Shown: positions 38,034 through 51,057, counted from the stretch's first letter. The stretch: 64,000 bases of DNA from Mobula hypostoma (GCF_963921235.1 NC_086108.1:17236001-17300000); one strand, 5' to 3'. Numbers and translations: made by a program. Notes: generated by a model from the sequence alone, not told the origin.

Positions 38034-41000
38034 TAAGACCATAAGACCATAAGACAAAGGAGCAGAAGTAGGCCATTCGGCCCATTGAGTCTGCTCCGCC
38101 ATTTTATCATGAGCTGATCCATTTTATCCTATTTAGTCCCACTGCTCTGCCTTCTCACCATAACCTTTGATGCCTTGGCTACTTAGATACCTATCAATCT
38201 CTGCCTTAAATACGCCCAGTGACTTGGCCTCCACTGCTGCCCATGGCAACAAATTCCATAGATTCACCACCCTCTGACTAAAAAAATTTCTTCGCATTTC
38301 TGTTCTGAAAGGGCACCCTTCAATCCTGAAGTCATGCCCTCTCGTACTAGACTCCCCCATCATGGGAAACAACTTTGCCACATCCACTCTGTCCATGCCT
38401 TTTAACATTCGAAATGTTTCTATGAGGTCGCCCCTCATTCTTCTAAACTCCAAGGAATACAGTCCAAGAGTGGACAAACGTTCCTCATATGTTAACCCTC
38501 TCATTCCCGGAATCATTCTCGTGAATCTTCTCTATACCCTCTCCAACGTCAGCACATCCTTTCTTAAATAAGGAGACCAAAACTGCCCACAGTACTCCAA
38601 GTGAGGTCTCACCAGCGCCTTATAGAGCCTCAACGTCACATCCCTGCTCCTATACTCTATTCCTCTAGAAATGAATGCCAACATTGCATTCGCCTTCTTC
38701 ACTACTGACTCAACCTGGAGGTTAACTTTAAGGGAATCCTGTACGAGGACTCCCAAGTCCCGTTGCATCTCAGAACTTTGAATTCTTTCCCCATTTTAAT
38801 AATAGTCTGCCTGTTTATTTTTTCTGCCAACGTGCATAACCATACACTTTCCAACATTGTACTTCATTTGCCACTTCTCTGCCCATTCTTCCAATCTATC
38901 CAAGTCTCTCTGCAGACTCTCCGTTTCCTCAGCACTACCGGCCCCTCCACCTATCTTCGTATCGTCAGCAAACTTAGCCACAAAGCCATCTATTCCATAA
39001 TCCAGATCGTTGATGTACAATGTAAAAAGAAGCGGCCCCAACACTGATACCTGTGGAACACCACTGGTAACCGGCAGCCAACCAGAATGGGATCCCTTTA
39101 TTCCCACTCTCTGTTTCCTGCCAATCAGCCAACGCTCTATCCACGTATGTAACTTTCCCGTAATTCCATGGGCTCTTATCTTGTTAAGTAGCCTCATGTG
39201 TGGCACCTTGTCAAACGCCTTCTGAAAATCCAAATATGCAACATCCACTGCATCTCCCTTGTCTAGCCTACTGGTAATTTCCTCAAAAAATTGTAATAGG
39301 TTTGTCAGGCAGGATTTTCCTTTAAGGAATCCATGCTAAGTTCTGCCTATGTTGTCATATGCCTCCAGGTACTCTGTAACCTCATCCTTGACAATCGACT
39401 CCAACAACTTCCCAACCACCGACGTCAAGCTAACAGGTCTATAATTTCCTTTTTGCTTCCTTGCCCCCTTCTTAAATAGCGGAGTGACATTTGCAATCTT
39501 CCAGTCTTCCGGAACCATGCCAGAATCTATCGACTTTTGAAAGATCATTGCTAATGCCTCTGCAATCTCCACAGCTACTTCCTTCAGAACATGAGGGTGC
39601 ATTCCATCTGGTCCAGGAGATTTATCGACCTTCAGCCTATTCAGCTTCCTGAGTACTTTCTCTGTCGTAATTGTGACTGCGCACACTTCTCTTCCCTGCC
39701 ACCCTTGAGTGTCCGGTATACTGCTGATGTCTTCCTCGGTTAGGACTGATGCAAAATACTTGTTCAGTTCCTCTGCCATCTCCTCATCTCCCATTACAAT
39801 TTCTCCAGTATCATTTTCTATTGGTCCTATATCTACTCTCACCTGTCTTTTACTCTTTATATACTTGAAAAAGCTTTTAGTATCCTCTTTGATATTATTT
39901 GCTAGTTTCCTTTCATAGTTAATCTTTTCTCTCTTAATGACCTTCTTGGTTTCCTTTTGTAAGGTTTTAAAAACTTCCCAATCCTCTGTCTTCCCACTAA
40001 TTTTTGCTTCCTTGTATGCCCTCTCCTTTGCTTTAACTTTGGCTTTGACTTCTCTTGTCAACCATGGTTGCATCCTTTTTCCACTCGAAAATTTCTTCTT
40101 TTTTGGAATATACCTGTCTTGCACATTCCTCAATTTTCGCATAAACTCCAGCCACTGCTGCTCTGCCGTCTTTTCCGCCAGTGTCTCTTTCCAGTCAACT
40201 TTGGCCAGTTCCTCTCTCATGCCACTGTAATTTCCTTTACTCCACTGAAACACCGACACATCAGATTTCGGCTTCTCTTTTTCTAATTTTACAGTGAACT
40301 CAATCATGTTATGATCAGTGCCTCCTAAGGGTTCCTTCACCTCAATCTCTCCAATCACCTCCGGTTCATTACACAATACCCAATCCAGTACAGCCGATCC
40401 CCTAGTGGGCTCAACAACAAGCTGTTCTAAAAAGCCATCTTGAAGACATTCTACAAATTCTCTCTCTTGAGATCCAGTGCCGACCTGATTTTTCCAATCT
40501 ACTCGCATGTTAAAATCCCCCACAATTATCATAACACTGCCCTTCTGACAAACCTTTTCTATTTCCAGTTGTAATTTGTAGTCCACATCCCTGCAGCTGT
40601 TTGGAGGCCTATAAATAACTGCCATCAGGGTCTTTTTACCCCTGCTATTCCTTAGCTCAACCCATAAAGATTCTGCACCTTCCGATCCTATATCACCTCT
40701 TTCTAACGATTTAATATAATTTCTTAGCAATAAAGCCACGCCTCCCCCTCTGCCTACCTTCCTATCCTTCCGATACACCGTGTATCCTTGGACGTTCAGC
40801 TCCCAGAGACATGCATCCTTTAGCCAGGTCTCAGTGATGGCCACAATATCATACCTGCCAATCTGTAGCTGTACAACAAGATCATCCACCTTATTCCTTA
40901 TGCTGCCTGCATTTAAGTACAACACCTTAAGACCAGTATTTGATACTTTTTGCTTTGATTTCACTGCAACTTTATTGCACTTCAACTCATCCCAATGGCT

Positions 41001-41129
41001 ACACATTTGCCCCATCATCTGCCTGTCTTTCCTGACATCTTTACTGCTCACTATCTTAGATTTATTTCTGTTATCCCCTTCCTCTGCTCTATCATTCCGG
41101 TTCCCATCCTCCTGCCAAATTAGTTTAAA
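38034..41129 (-). mobile_element. CR1 element C, complete ORF2 span plus 3' UTR, truncated at the ORF1 stop
   Basis: Tail (taagacca)n at 38034-38055; homology ends at ...tagtttaaa 41129. Confidence 0.97.
38133..41129 (-). pseudogene. CR1-C ORF2 (APE plus RT), 999 codons in one frame with three premature stops
   Basis: ORFs 39336..41165, 38796..39248, 38532..38768 and 38133..38516 share a frame; stops at 39336, 38796 and 38532; APE and RT motifs present. Confidence 0.95.
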
Positions 41130-42337
41130 TGTACCTATTGAAGAATATGGGGCAAACATGGACAAATGGTATTAACTTGGATGGGCATTTTGGTCGGCAC
41201 AGACCAGATGGGCTGAAGGGCCTGTTCTGGACTGAATGACTCCATGACTCAAAGTTTTAAACACACATCCCTCTGTCCCTGAGACCTACCATAGTCCACC
41301 CAGTAGGTTTGTTCCTGTAGTTCCCTTAACTGTCAATTAGCCTTTATCTCCCAATGATCAATATTATTAAAATCATTAAAGAATAAAAAGTACACATTTT
41401 ATTACATTATTTTTCTTGAAAGCAGCAGTTTTTAGATTACACTATAATTCCTGAAGCCTCTGGGTAAAGTCTTGAACAGCTGGGATCTTCCAATGTAACT
41501 TCAGATTGTGGAGGATTTGTCAAGTGGCAAGAACAGGCATGATGTGGCTGCAGACAATGCAGTGGCTGAGATCAGAAGCAGGCAAGTCCCAGCATGTCCA
41601 CTGACTGTACGGATCCCCACACTCACTGCCTGTGTGATCGAGTTCAGAGCAGACTGCATTCCACAGACCAAACCACAGATGGTGTGAGGCAACATTATAA
41701 TCAGTGAGACCTGCAGAGTACGCATGACTTTAATGTCAGTTATTTTGGGACAAATACTTTAAAAATGCACATACTATCCCTGCACATGGGTCTGTAACAT
41801 GATTACTGGAGGCTGCGAGCCTCTCTCACCTGGCTGCCACTCATGAACAGTGTCCCTGAGTGAGAATCTGTTATAGCCCACAGGAAAGTCTGTTATAATC
41901 AGTGCAAAATCCATTTGTAATCCTATGGATGGGTTTGGTGGTAGCTGATATTAGATTATGGTACCTGACACATCCACTAAATATGTGCAACATGCCCTGG
42001 GGGGAATTGGGGAGAGAGTATGTGACAGTGTGTTTCATTGTTTGATATCCTTTTTCTGGAGCCACAACCAGCGTTGCTATAATCATTGTGATTATTATAA
42101 CTTATAATCAGTCTCTGTATTATAATCAGTTTGGGGCAGACATAGCCTTTTCAACTTTGCACTATGGTTGCTATTTAATCCTTCTAGCCCCGAAAAAAAT
42201 GATTTCTGCACCTGAGCTCTGTTGTACTGTCGCTTCAGATAAAGTGCAAAGGACCCTTGTCAGCCTTTAAATATTATTTTAAATTCGCTGAAAAAAATCT
42301 GGCTATGTAAGAACATAAGTAGGAGCAGAAAATCATG

Positions 42338-42455
42338 AGTACAAGAGATTCTGCAGATGCTGGAAATCCAAAGCAACACACACAAAATACTGAAGGAACT
42401 CAGCAGGTCAGGCAGCATCTATGGAAATGAATAAACAGTTGACATTTCAGGCTGA
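42338..42455 (-). mobile_element. Short PLE-derived tail copy, truncated within the hammerhead, inside a CR1 3' fragment (42305-42660)
   Basis: ctgcagatgctggaaatcc..gaactcagcaggtcaggcagcatctatgg..gttgacatttcaggc. Confidence 0.85.
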
Positions 42456-43163
42456 GCAGAAGCAGCCTGCTAGATACTCGCTAGCCTGACCTTGGCTTCG
42501 TCCACTCTCCTATCTGTTGAATAGTTGAATGGTTCTATTTCTACAGCTCTCACAGGTAGAGAATTCCAAAGATTCATGACTCTTTCTCAGAAAGAATTCT
42601 TCTTCATCCCAACCTGAAGCAATCACATTGTCAGACTGTGGTTCCCAATTCTAGACTTCCCTAAGAGGGTGTTAGATGATCTGGAGTGTGAATAGCTGGT
42701 GCAGCCCCTTTAAGGATTCAGGACCGTCATATTTTCGGCACCAAGAATTAAGTACTTAAAGAACACCTGGACAGAGCCTCAGTGCCCATTCGTAAGCCAG
42801 AGATATCATCTAATGTTTTGTTTTGTGTTCAGTTCTTGATCCATGTCTCAATCCTAGCCTTGGATACTCCAGCACTTGGGTCCAAACCATCCTTGTCAAG
42901 AACTTTCTTAACGCTGAAACACTTCCAGTGCAAGAATATCACTTCTTAGATACAGCACTCCAGGTGTGATATCATCAATGGCCTGTACAGGTGAAACCAG
43001 GCCTCCCTACTTTGCAATGGAGGTGAATGGTAAGTGTCCTTTTCTCCCCCCAGGGTAGTGGAGTCTAAAAGTAGGGAACAGAAGTTTAAGATGAGAGGGA
43101 AATGATTTAAAAAGGACCTGAGGGGAACATTTTCAAGAGAATATGATGGGTATGTGGAATGAG

Positions 43164-43363
43164 AGCTAGCTGGTACTGTAGTGGCATCAGCACTGGACTT
43201 CAAAGCAGATGGTCCTGAGTTCAAACCCAGCTGGATCCCAACCTGGGCAGCAGCAGTATCTGTGCGGAATAAAAGCCTGCAAATCTTCTTCCATATCTTG
43301 CCGTAGTGACTCAATGGTCCATGAGGTCACGAAGAATCGGAATCCACTGAACAAAAACAACAA
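43164..43363 (+). mobile_element. tRNA-derived SINE with RTE/BovB-like 3' tail
   Basis: A-box-like tactgtagtgg, B-box gagttcaaacc, tail gtccatgaggtcacgaagaatcgg..actgaacaaaaacaacaa; TSD atgtggaatgag / atatggattgag (10/12). Confidence 0.75.
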
Positions 43364-43457
43364 ATATGGATTGAGGTGTCAGAGGAAATGGTACATATGG
43401 GTACAATTACAATTTATAAAACATTTGGACAGATACATGGATAAGAAAGGTTTAGAT

Positions 43458-43515
43458 CAGGGGTTCCCAACCGAAGCTTCACGGAGCGTGGCATGAAAAA
43501 GGTTGAGAACCCTTG
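43458..43515. mobile_element. hAT-like micro-MITE (58 bp)
   Basis: TIRs caggggttcccaacc / ggttgagaacccttg; 8-bp TSD gtttagat / gtttagag. Confidence 0.8.
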
Positions 43516-43841
43516 GTTTAGAGGGATTTGGGCCAAATGGGACTAGGATTAGTTGGCATGGTTGAGTTGGGCTGAAGTGCCTGTTCCATTTTGTATAATT
43601 CTATGACTTCAATGGTTGTAAAGCCTGGCAACATATCTCAAGCTGTTCTGCAGATCTAGTCTTTACTGTCATTATTACATAGTCTATTCTTTTAAATGTA
43701 AATTCTCTGACTGTAAAGAATTACTACACTTTATCCTGTATTCTTTTGTTTTTCTTGTACTACCTCAATGTATTGATGTGATGAAATAATTTAAAACAGC
43801 GTTTTTCACTGTACCTCAGTACAGGGCAGTATTGTACTGTA

Positions 43842-44092
43842 GTGGTTGGTACGGGTTTATTTCCTGCTGCTACCTGTAAGGAGTTTGTACGTTTTCCTAT
43901 GACCACATGGGTTTCCTCTGGATGCTCAGGTTTCCTCCCACGGTCCAAAGACATACCAGTTGGTAGGTTAATTGGTCATTGTAAATTGTCCAATGATTAT
44001 ACTAGGGTTAAATTGGGGATTGCTGGGTGGTGCAGCTCGAAGAGCTGGAAAGGCCCATTCCATGTTGTATCTCAATAAAAATATAAAATAAA
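43842..44092 (+). mobile_element. V-SINE (HE1-like) with CR1-type tail
   Basis: ggagtttgtacgtt..tgggtttcctctggatgctcaggtttcctcccac..gttgtatctcaataaa. Confidence 0.85.
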
Positions 44093-44387
44093 CAGTTGAA
44101 AATAATAAATGAATGTACCTTACAATTCTTGGAATGGTAAACCATGTGCACAGTTTGACAGCATTTCCTTCCAGCACAGTGTACATGGCAGCAGTGTGAG
44201 CCATTTGTAAGCTGCCATCAGCAGATCACCCATCTTCTCAAACCCAACGATTATTACTTCCTAGAACAAAGACAGCAAAACACAGGAATGCCACCATCAA
44301 ATTTCTCTCCAAGTTGGGGACCAACTTGACTAGGAATTAACCCACCACTCCTTTCCATACATGCAGCTTTTTGATTTCCATCACTCC

Positions 44388-45408
44388 ATTTGATAAGGTA
44401 CCCCATGCAGGCTTATTGAGAAAGTAAGGAGGCATAGGATCCAAGGGGACATTGCTTTGTGGATCCAGAACTGGCTTGCCCACAGAAGGCAAGTGGTTGT
44501 AGATGGGTCATATTCTGCATGGAGGTCAGAGACCAGGGAGCCTCAGGGATCTGTTCTGGGACCCCCTCTCTTCGTGATTTTTATAAACGACCTGAATGAA
44601 GAAGTGGAGGGATGGGTTAGTAAATTTGCTGATGACACAAAGGTTTGGGTGTTGTGGATAGTGTGGAGGGCTGTCAGGGCTTACAGCAGGACATTGATAG
44701 GATGCAAAACTGGGCTGAAAAGTGGCAGATGGAGTCCAACCCAGGTAAGTGTGAGGTGGTTCATTTTGGTAGGTCAAGTATGATGACAGAATAGAGTATT
44801 AATTGTAAGACTCTTGGCAGTGTGGAGGATCAGAGGGATCTTGGGGTCTGAGTCCATTGGACACTCAAAGCTGCTGTGCAGATTGACTCTGTGGTTAAGA
44901 AAGCATATGGTACATTGGCCTTCATCAGTCATGGGATTGAGCTTCGGAGCCGAGAGGTAATGTTGCAGATACGTAGGACTCTGGTCAGACCACACCTGGA
45001 GTACTGTGCTCAGTTCTGGTCACCTCACTATAGGAAGGATGTGGAAACCATAGAAAGGGTGCAGAGGAGATTTACAAGGATGTTGCCTGGATTGGGGAGC
45101 ATGCCTTAAAAGAATAGTTTGAGTGAACTCGGCCTTAGTCAGGGGCTTTTTCCCAGGGCTGAAATGGTTAGCACAAGAGGGCACAGTTTTAAGGTGCTTG
45201 GACGTAGGTACAGAGGAGATGTCAGGGGTAAGTTCATTACGCAGAGAGTGGTGCGTGCCTGCTTGGAAAGGGCAGTGGTGGAGGTGGATACGATAGGATC
45301 TTTTAAGAGATTTAAGGGTGACCCTAGGTAATTTCTCGGTTAGGACATGTTCGGCAAAGCTTTGTGGGCCGAAGGACCTGTATCGTGCTGTAGGTTTTCT
45401 ATGTTTCT
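44388..45408 (+). mobile_element. CR1 LINE, 5'-truncated, (TTTCTATG)n subfamily
   Basis: [14 protein letters not shown] and LVRPHLEYC; TSD atcactcc (44380-44387 / 45409-45416). Confidence 0.95.
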
Positions 45409-45567
45409 ATCACTCCTTTTCTTGATTAAAACCAGACCGATTGTAGTTCAGTGGACCCAGAGGAAGGCTGCTCACTCCACTCCAGCTTCACATGAGCATC
45501 TAGAAATGGACAAGAGACAATAGCCTTACCATCATAGATCACAACTAGTGAGCAGATTACAAAAAGC

Positions 45568-45696
45568 CGAGAATTTCTGCAGATGCTGGAAACCCTAGCA
45601 ACATATACAAAACGCTGGTGGAACCCAGCAGGCCAGGCAGCATCTATGGAAAAGAGTAAACAGATGATGTTTCAGGCCCAGACCCTTCATCGAGAC
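45568..45696 (-). mobile_element. Short PLE-derived copy with decayed hammerhead at its 5' end
   Basis: ctgcagatgctgg..ggcagcatctatgg..tgtttcaggcccagacccttcatcgagac. Confidence 0.85.
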
Positions 45697-45762
45697 CTTA
45701 AGGACTAAGAAAAATATTAATTCTCAGCAGTGAGTAGGAGAATCAGATAGAAGGCTGACTGA

Positions 45763-47851
45763 ATAGAGAACATAAAACATAAAAAACCTACAGCACAATA
45801 TAGGCCCTTTGGCCCACAAAGCTGTGCTGAACATGTCCTTACCTTAGAACTACCTAGGCCTTCCCATAGCCCTCTATTTTTCTGAGCTCCATGTACCTAT
45901 CCAGGAGTCTCTTAAAAGACCCTATCATTTCCACCTCCACCACCACAGTTGCCGACAGCCCATTCCATGCACTCACCACTCTCTGCATAAAAAACTTACC
46001 CCTGACATCTTCCTTGTACCTACTTTCAAGCACCTTAAAACTATGCCCTCTCATGCTAGCCATTTCAGCCCTGGGGAAAAAGCCTCTGACTATCCACATG
46101 ACCAATGCCTCTCATCATCTTATACAGCTCTATCAGGTCATCTCTCATCCTCCGTCACTCCAAGGAGTAAAGGCCGAGTGCACACAACCTATTCTCATAA
46201 GACATGCTCCCCAATCCAGGCAACATCCTTGTAAATTTCCTCTGCACCCTTTCTATGGTTTCCACATCCTTCCTGTAGTGAGGCGACCAGAATTGAGCAC
46301 GGTACTCCAGGTGGGTCTGAACAGGTTCTTATATAGCTGCAACATTACCTCTCGGCTTTTAAACTCAATCCCACAGTTGATGAAGGCCAATGCACCGTAT
46401 GCCTTCTTAACCACAGAGTCAACCTGCACAGCAGCTTTGAGTGTCCTATGGACTCGAACCGCAAGATCCTTCTGATCCGCCACACTGCCAAGAGTCTTAC
46501 CATTAATACTATATTCTGCTATCATATTTGACCTATCAAAATGAACCACCTCACACATATCTGGGTTGAATCCCATCAATGTCCCGATGTAACCTCTGAC
46601 AGCCCTCCACACTATCCACAACACCCCCAACCTTTGTGTCATCAGTAAATTTATGAACGCATCCCTCCACTTCCTCATCCAGGTCATTTATAAAAATCAC
46701 GAAGAGTAGGGGTCCCAGAACAGATCCCTGAGGCACACCACTGGTGACTGACCTCCATGCAGAATATGACCTGTCTACAACCACTCTTTGCCCTCTGTGG
46801 GCAAGCCAGTTCTGGATCTACAAAGCAATGTCCCCTTAGATCCCGTGCCTCCTTACTTTCTCAATAGGCTTGCATGGGGTACCTTATCAAATGCCCTGCT
46901 GAAATCCATATACACTACATCTACAGCTCTACCTTCATCAATGTGTTTTGTCACATCCTCAAAAACTTCAATCAGGCTCGTAAGACATGACCTGCCTTTG
47001 ATAAAGCCATGCTGACTATTTGTAATCATATTATGCCTCTCTAAATGTTCATAAATCCTGCCTCTCAGGATCTTCTCCATCAAATTACCAACCACTGAAG
47101 TAAGACTCACTGGTCTATAATTTCATGGGCTATCTTTACTCCTTTTCTTGAATAATGGAACAACATCCACAACCTTCCAATCCTCCGGAACCTCTCCCAT
47201 TCCCATTGATGATGCAAAGATCATCGCCCAGTGTCTCAGCAATCTCCTCGCCCACTTCCCACAGTAGCCTGGGATACATCTCGTCCAGTCCTGGTGACTT
47301 ATCCAACTTGATGCTTTCCAAAAGATCCAGGACATCCTCTTCCTTAATATCTACATGCTCAAGCTTTTCAGTCCACTGCATGTCATCCCTACAATCACCA
47401 AGATCCTTTTCCTTAGTGAATACTGAAGCAAAGTATTCATTAAGTAACTCTGCTATCTCCGCCGGTTCCGTGCACACTTTTCCACTGTCACACTGATTGG
47501 TCCTATTCTCTCACGTATTACCCTCTTGATCTTCACATACTTGTAGAATACCTTGGGGTTTTCCTTAATCCTGTCCGCCAAGGCCTTCTCATGGCCCCTT
47601 CTGGCTCTCCGAATTTCATTCTTAAGCTCCTTCCTGCTAGCCTTATAATCTGCTAGATCTCTATCATTACCTAGTTTTTTGAACCTTTCGTAAGCTCTTC
47701 TTTTTTTCTTGACTAGATTTACAACAGCCTTTGTACACCACGGTTCCTGTACCCTACCATCCTTTCCCTGTCTTATTGGAATATACCTATGCAGAACCTC
47801 ATGCATTCCTTGAACATTTGCCACATTTCTTCTGTATGTTTCCTTGAGAAA
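45763..47851 (-). mobile_element. CR1 LINE, 5'-truncated, same subfamily as 44388 and 31367
   Basis: Multiple RT ORFs 45854-47824; TSD gactga (45757-45762 / 47852-47857). Confidence 0.95.
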
Positions 47852-48511
47852 GACTGAGTCTGGTAGAATGTGCTTTGCAAACTATGCTTAGAGGCAACAA
47901 CCTTCTTAACTTGGAATCTATAATCTGAGTTTCAGTTAACAATATGAGATAAATAGAATGGGTTAGGCTGCTCAGGAACATATGAAGACACGTTTTGTAA
48001 GATAAATCCTATACTACTTTGAGTACAAACTTTTCCTCTAAAATTTCTTAAGCCTTACTTTGTTGCAAGAAGATTTTTAATCTAGTGAGATTTGAAATGG
48101 GTAAATTCAAAACTAAAAGGTGTGATTTCATTATCCAGCAGTTTATTTTTAAGTTTGTGCTTATAGCTGTGTTTACATTGTACATGAATCTTATCACATC
48201 TTCTTCAACTCACCCCACTGACAAAACTGAAATATTTTAAAGGTTGGAAATCTAATTTTAGCAATATGTACTGGAAATACTCCACATGATGGCCAGTGTT
48301 GTGTGGAGAGTAAAGCAGAGATATAACAGCTGCAGAGTTTTAATAAATAACCATTGACCAGACAACTTAACATTGATTTGCTCAAATAGTTGCTGTCTGA
48401 TTATATGGGCCTTTACTGTTTTTATTTTATGAAGCATTTTTGAGATATGATTGAAGTAAGTCGGGGGGTGGGGTGTGCGGTGAGGAGGAGAAGTTAAATG
48501 ATAGAAGTGTG

Positions 48512-49133
48512 TGTAATGTCCTGGTTCATATTTTTACTGTTATGTTGTATTTCATTTGGCAATCCTGTAAGAGCAGTTTGTTCTGTTTTCAGTTTGTTTG
48601 GGTTATTGTTGAAGATAAGAGATGAGAAAAAATGTTGGCATCCAATTAGGATGGTTGAATTAAGGGGAGGTTTCTCTGAAGAGAGACACTAATGTTGGGC
48701 TTGGAGCTTTTGTTCAAGAGGAGATGAAAAGGGAAGACGCAGGAGAGAAGGGGTGGTAGGATTCGACCTGGAGTGGGACTGTGTTTCGACAAAGCCAGAG
48801 GCGAGATTGATTGAGGATCAGTGACTGTGGAGAAACTTTGAGCTCCAACTTGTGCACATTTGACTGTTTCATTAAAATGGACCCTTTTTTTTATTCTTTT
48901 CTTTACTAAACCTTTAGTCAAATTAAGATTCATAAATATAACCTTTTAATCATATGCGGTGTACTGTCTATTATTTTGTGGCACTAATTTGTAACAGGGT
49001 AGCAAATTACACAGCATCCACTCAAACAGGGGTTTGGGGTGGGAGAGCACCTCAATCCTCAATCTCACGAGTTTAGCGGGGCCGGAGGTTGTCTTCCCTA
49101 GACTTCCGCAGCCAAGGAAACCAGGGGGTTTCA
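48512..49133 (+). mobile_element. Solo LTR (Gypsy/ERV-like), 622 bp
   Basis: TG...CA ends, imperfect 15-bp terminal inverted repeat (tgtaatgtcctggtt / aaccagggggtttca), 4-bp TSD tgtg / cgtg, no coding remnant. Orientation is tentative. Confidence 0.7.
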
Positions 49134-49199
49134 CGTGCAAGGCAAAAAGAAGTGATAATAGAACAATATTCTCTATTGTTCTGAATGTGTTGCCTCCAC

Positions 49200-51057
49200 T
49201 CTCTGCACCCTCATCCAAACACCGTCAAACCCTCAGACAAAGGGGGTGCTGTTGTCATGTAGCAGACTGACCTCTACCTTGCTGAGGCCTGGAGGCAACT
49301 CTCAGACACCTCTTTATACCTGCCCCTCAAGGAGGACCTCACTCCACACCATCAGAAACTGAGTCTGACACCATCACTAACCTCATCCACTTTGGAGAAC
49401 TCCCAACCATTGCTACCAAATTCATAATTCCCTTACCCTGCACTGCTCACTTCTACCTCCTACCCAAGATCCATAAACTAGACTGTCCTGGCAGGCCCAT
49501 TGTCTCTGCCTGCTCCTGCCCCACTGAACTCATGTCCTAATATCTCGATTCCATTCTATCTCCATTGGTTCAGTCTCTTCCCACCTAGGTACACGACTCT
49601 TCTCATGCTCTCGATCTCCTTAGTAATTTTTAATTCCTTGGCCCTGACCGCCACATCTTTACCATAGATGTTCAGTTCTATCTATCCCCCATCAAGAAGG
49701 CCTCAATACTTCTTTCTTGACAAAATAACCAACCAAACCCCCTTCACCACCACCCTCCTCCATCTGGCAGAACTGGTTCTCACCCTGAATGAGTTTTTCA
49801 TTGGCTCCTCCCATTTTTTCCAAACTTGAGAGGTAGCCATGGGCCTGAGCTATGTCGGTCTCTTTGTTGACTATGTAGAATAGTCTATGTTCAAAGCCCT
49901 CTTTGGTTATATTCCCCAACTCTTCCTCTACTACATTGACGACTGTATTGGTACTGCTTCATGAACCCATGCTAAGCTTGTCAATTTTATCAATTTTGCC
50001 TCTAGCTTCCACCCTGCCGTTAATTTCAGTTGTTTCTTCTCTGACACCTCCCTCTCCTTTCTCATCTCTCTGACTTTATCTCTGGAGACAAACAGTCAAC
50101 AATATCTTTTACAAACCTACTATTCCCATGGTTATCTGGTTATCTCGACTTTATTTCTTCCCACCCTATCTCCTGTAAAAATGCTATTCCCTTTTTTCAG
50201 TTTCTTTGCCTCCGCCACATCTGTTCTCATGTTGCAGCTTTCTATTCCCTCCTCTATTGATACTGCCCTCACCTGCATTTCCTCCATTTCCTACACATCC
50301 GCGCTCACCCTATCTTCCTGCTGCCTCAATTGCGATAGAGTTCCTCTTGTCCTTACTATTACCCCATTCACAACTTCTGCTATCTTCAAAGGGATCCCAC
50401 CACTAAACATATCTTTACCACCCCCTCCCCTTCTGCAGGGACTGCTCCCTCTTTGATTCCCTTGTCTGTTTGTCCTTCCCCACTAACCTCCCTCCTGCCA
50501 CTTATCTGTGCGAGTGGCCCAAGTGCTACACCTGACCATGGGGTCATCTACTGAGTCCAGTTCTCCCAGTGCGACCTCCTCTACATTGGTGAGCTCTGTC
50601 ATGAAATGGGGGACTGCTTCATTGAGCACCTGCACACCATCTGCCACAAGTGAAACTTCCTGGTGGCCAAACATTTTAATTCCAATTCCCATTCTAGTTC
50701 TGATGTGTCGATCCATGGCCTCCTCTTGTGCCATGATGAGGCCACTCTCAGGCTAGAGGAGCAGCACCTTATATTCCATCTGGGCACCTGATGGCATGAG
50801 AATCGATTTCTCCAGCATTTGGCCTTTCGTATCCACTTGGCTTCACCTATTACCTTCCAGCTAGCCTCTTTCCTCTCCCCCCACCTTTTTATTCTGGCAT
50901 CTCCCCACTTCTTTGTCAGTCCTGAACAAGGGTCTTGGACCAAAACATCGATTGTTTACTCTTTTCCAGAGATGCTGCCTGGCCTGCTGAGCTCCTCTGG
51001 CATTTTGTGTCTGTTGCTATGGATTTCTAGCATCTGCAGACCTTCTCATGTTTGTGA
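49200..51057 (+). mobile_element. Penelope-like element, decayed RT plus GIY-YIG endonuclease plus 3' repeat
   Basis: VKPSDKGGAVV..DLYLAEA.RQLSD, FYLLPKIHK.DCPGRPIVS, FTIDV, YIDD (49930), GVIY..LLYIGE (50540-50595); decayed hammerhead at 50917-50955. Confidence 0.92.

Larger units (their letters stand above)
43030..43610 (+). mobile_element. Old CR1 3' end hosting a SINE and a micro-MITE
   Basis: tttaaaaaggacctgaggggaac..tggaatgag..ttggacagatacatggat..gggctgaag..ttctatgac. Confidence 0.75.

Noticed and set aside
38532..39338. Repeated inferred CAG>TAG stops in CR1-A and CR1-C as deaminase editing
   Set aside because: Three events are too few, and C>T in Gln codons is a common ordinary route to nonsense codons.
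39336..41165. 609-aa ORF start MSMFAPYSSIGT as the true ORF2 N-terminus
   Set aside because: The first 12 codons come from flanking DNA (antisense of an older CR1 tail); the element begins at 41129.
41500..41690. Open plus-strand frame after a cag acceptor (IVEDLSSGKNRH...)
   Set aside because: Weak polypyrimidine tract, no convincing donor and no recognisable protein.
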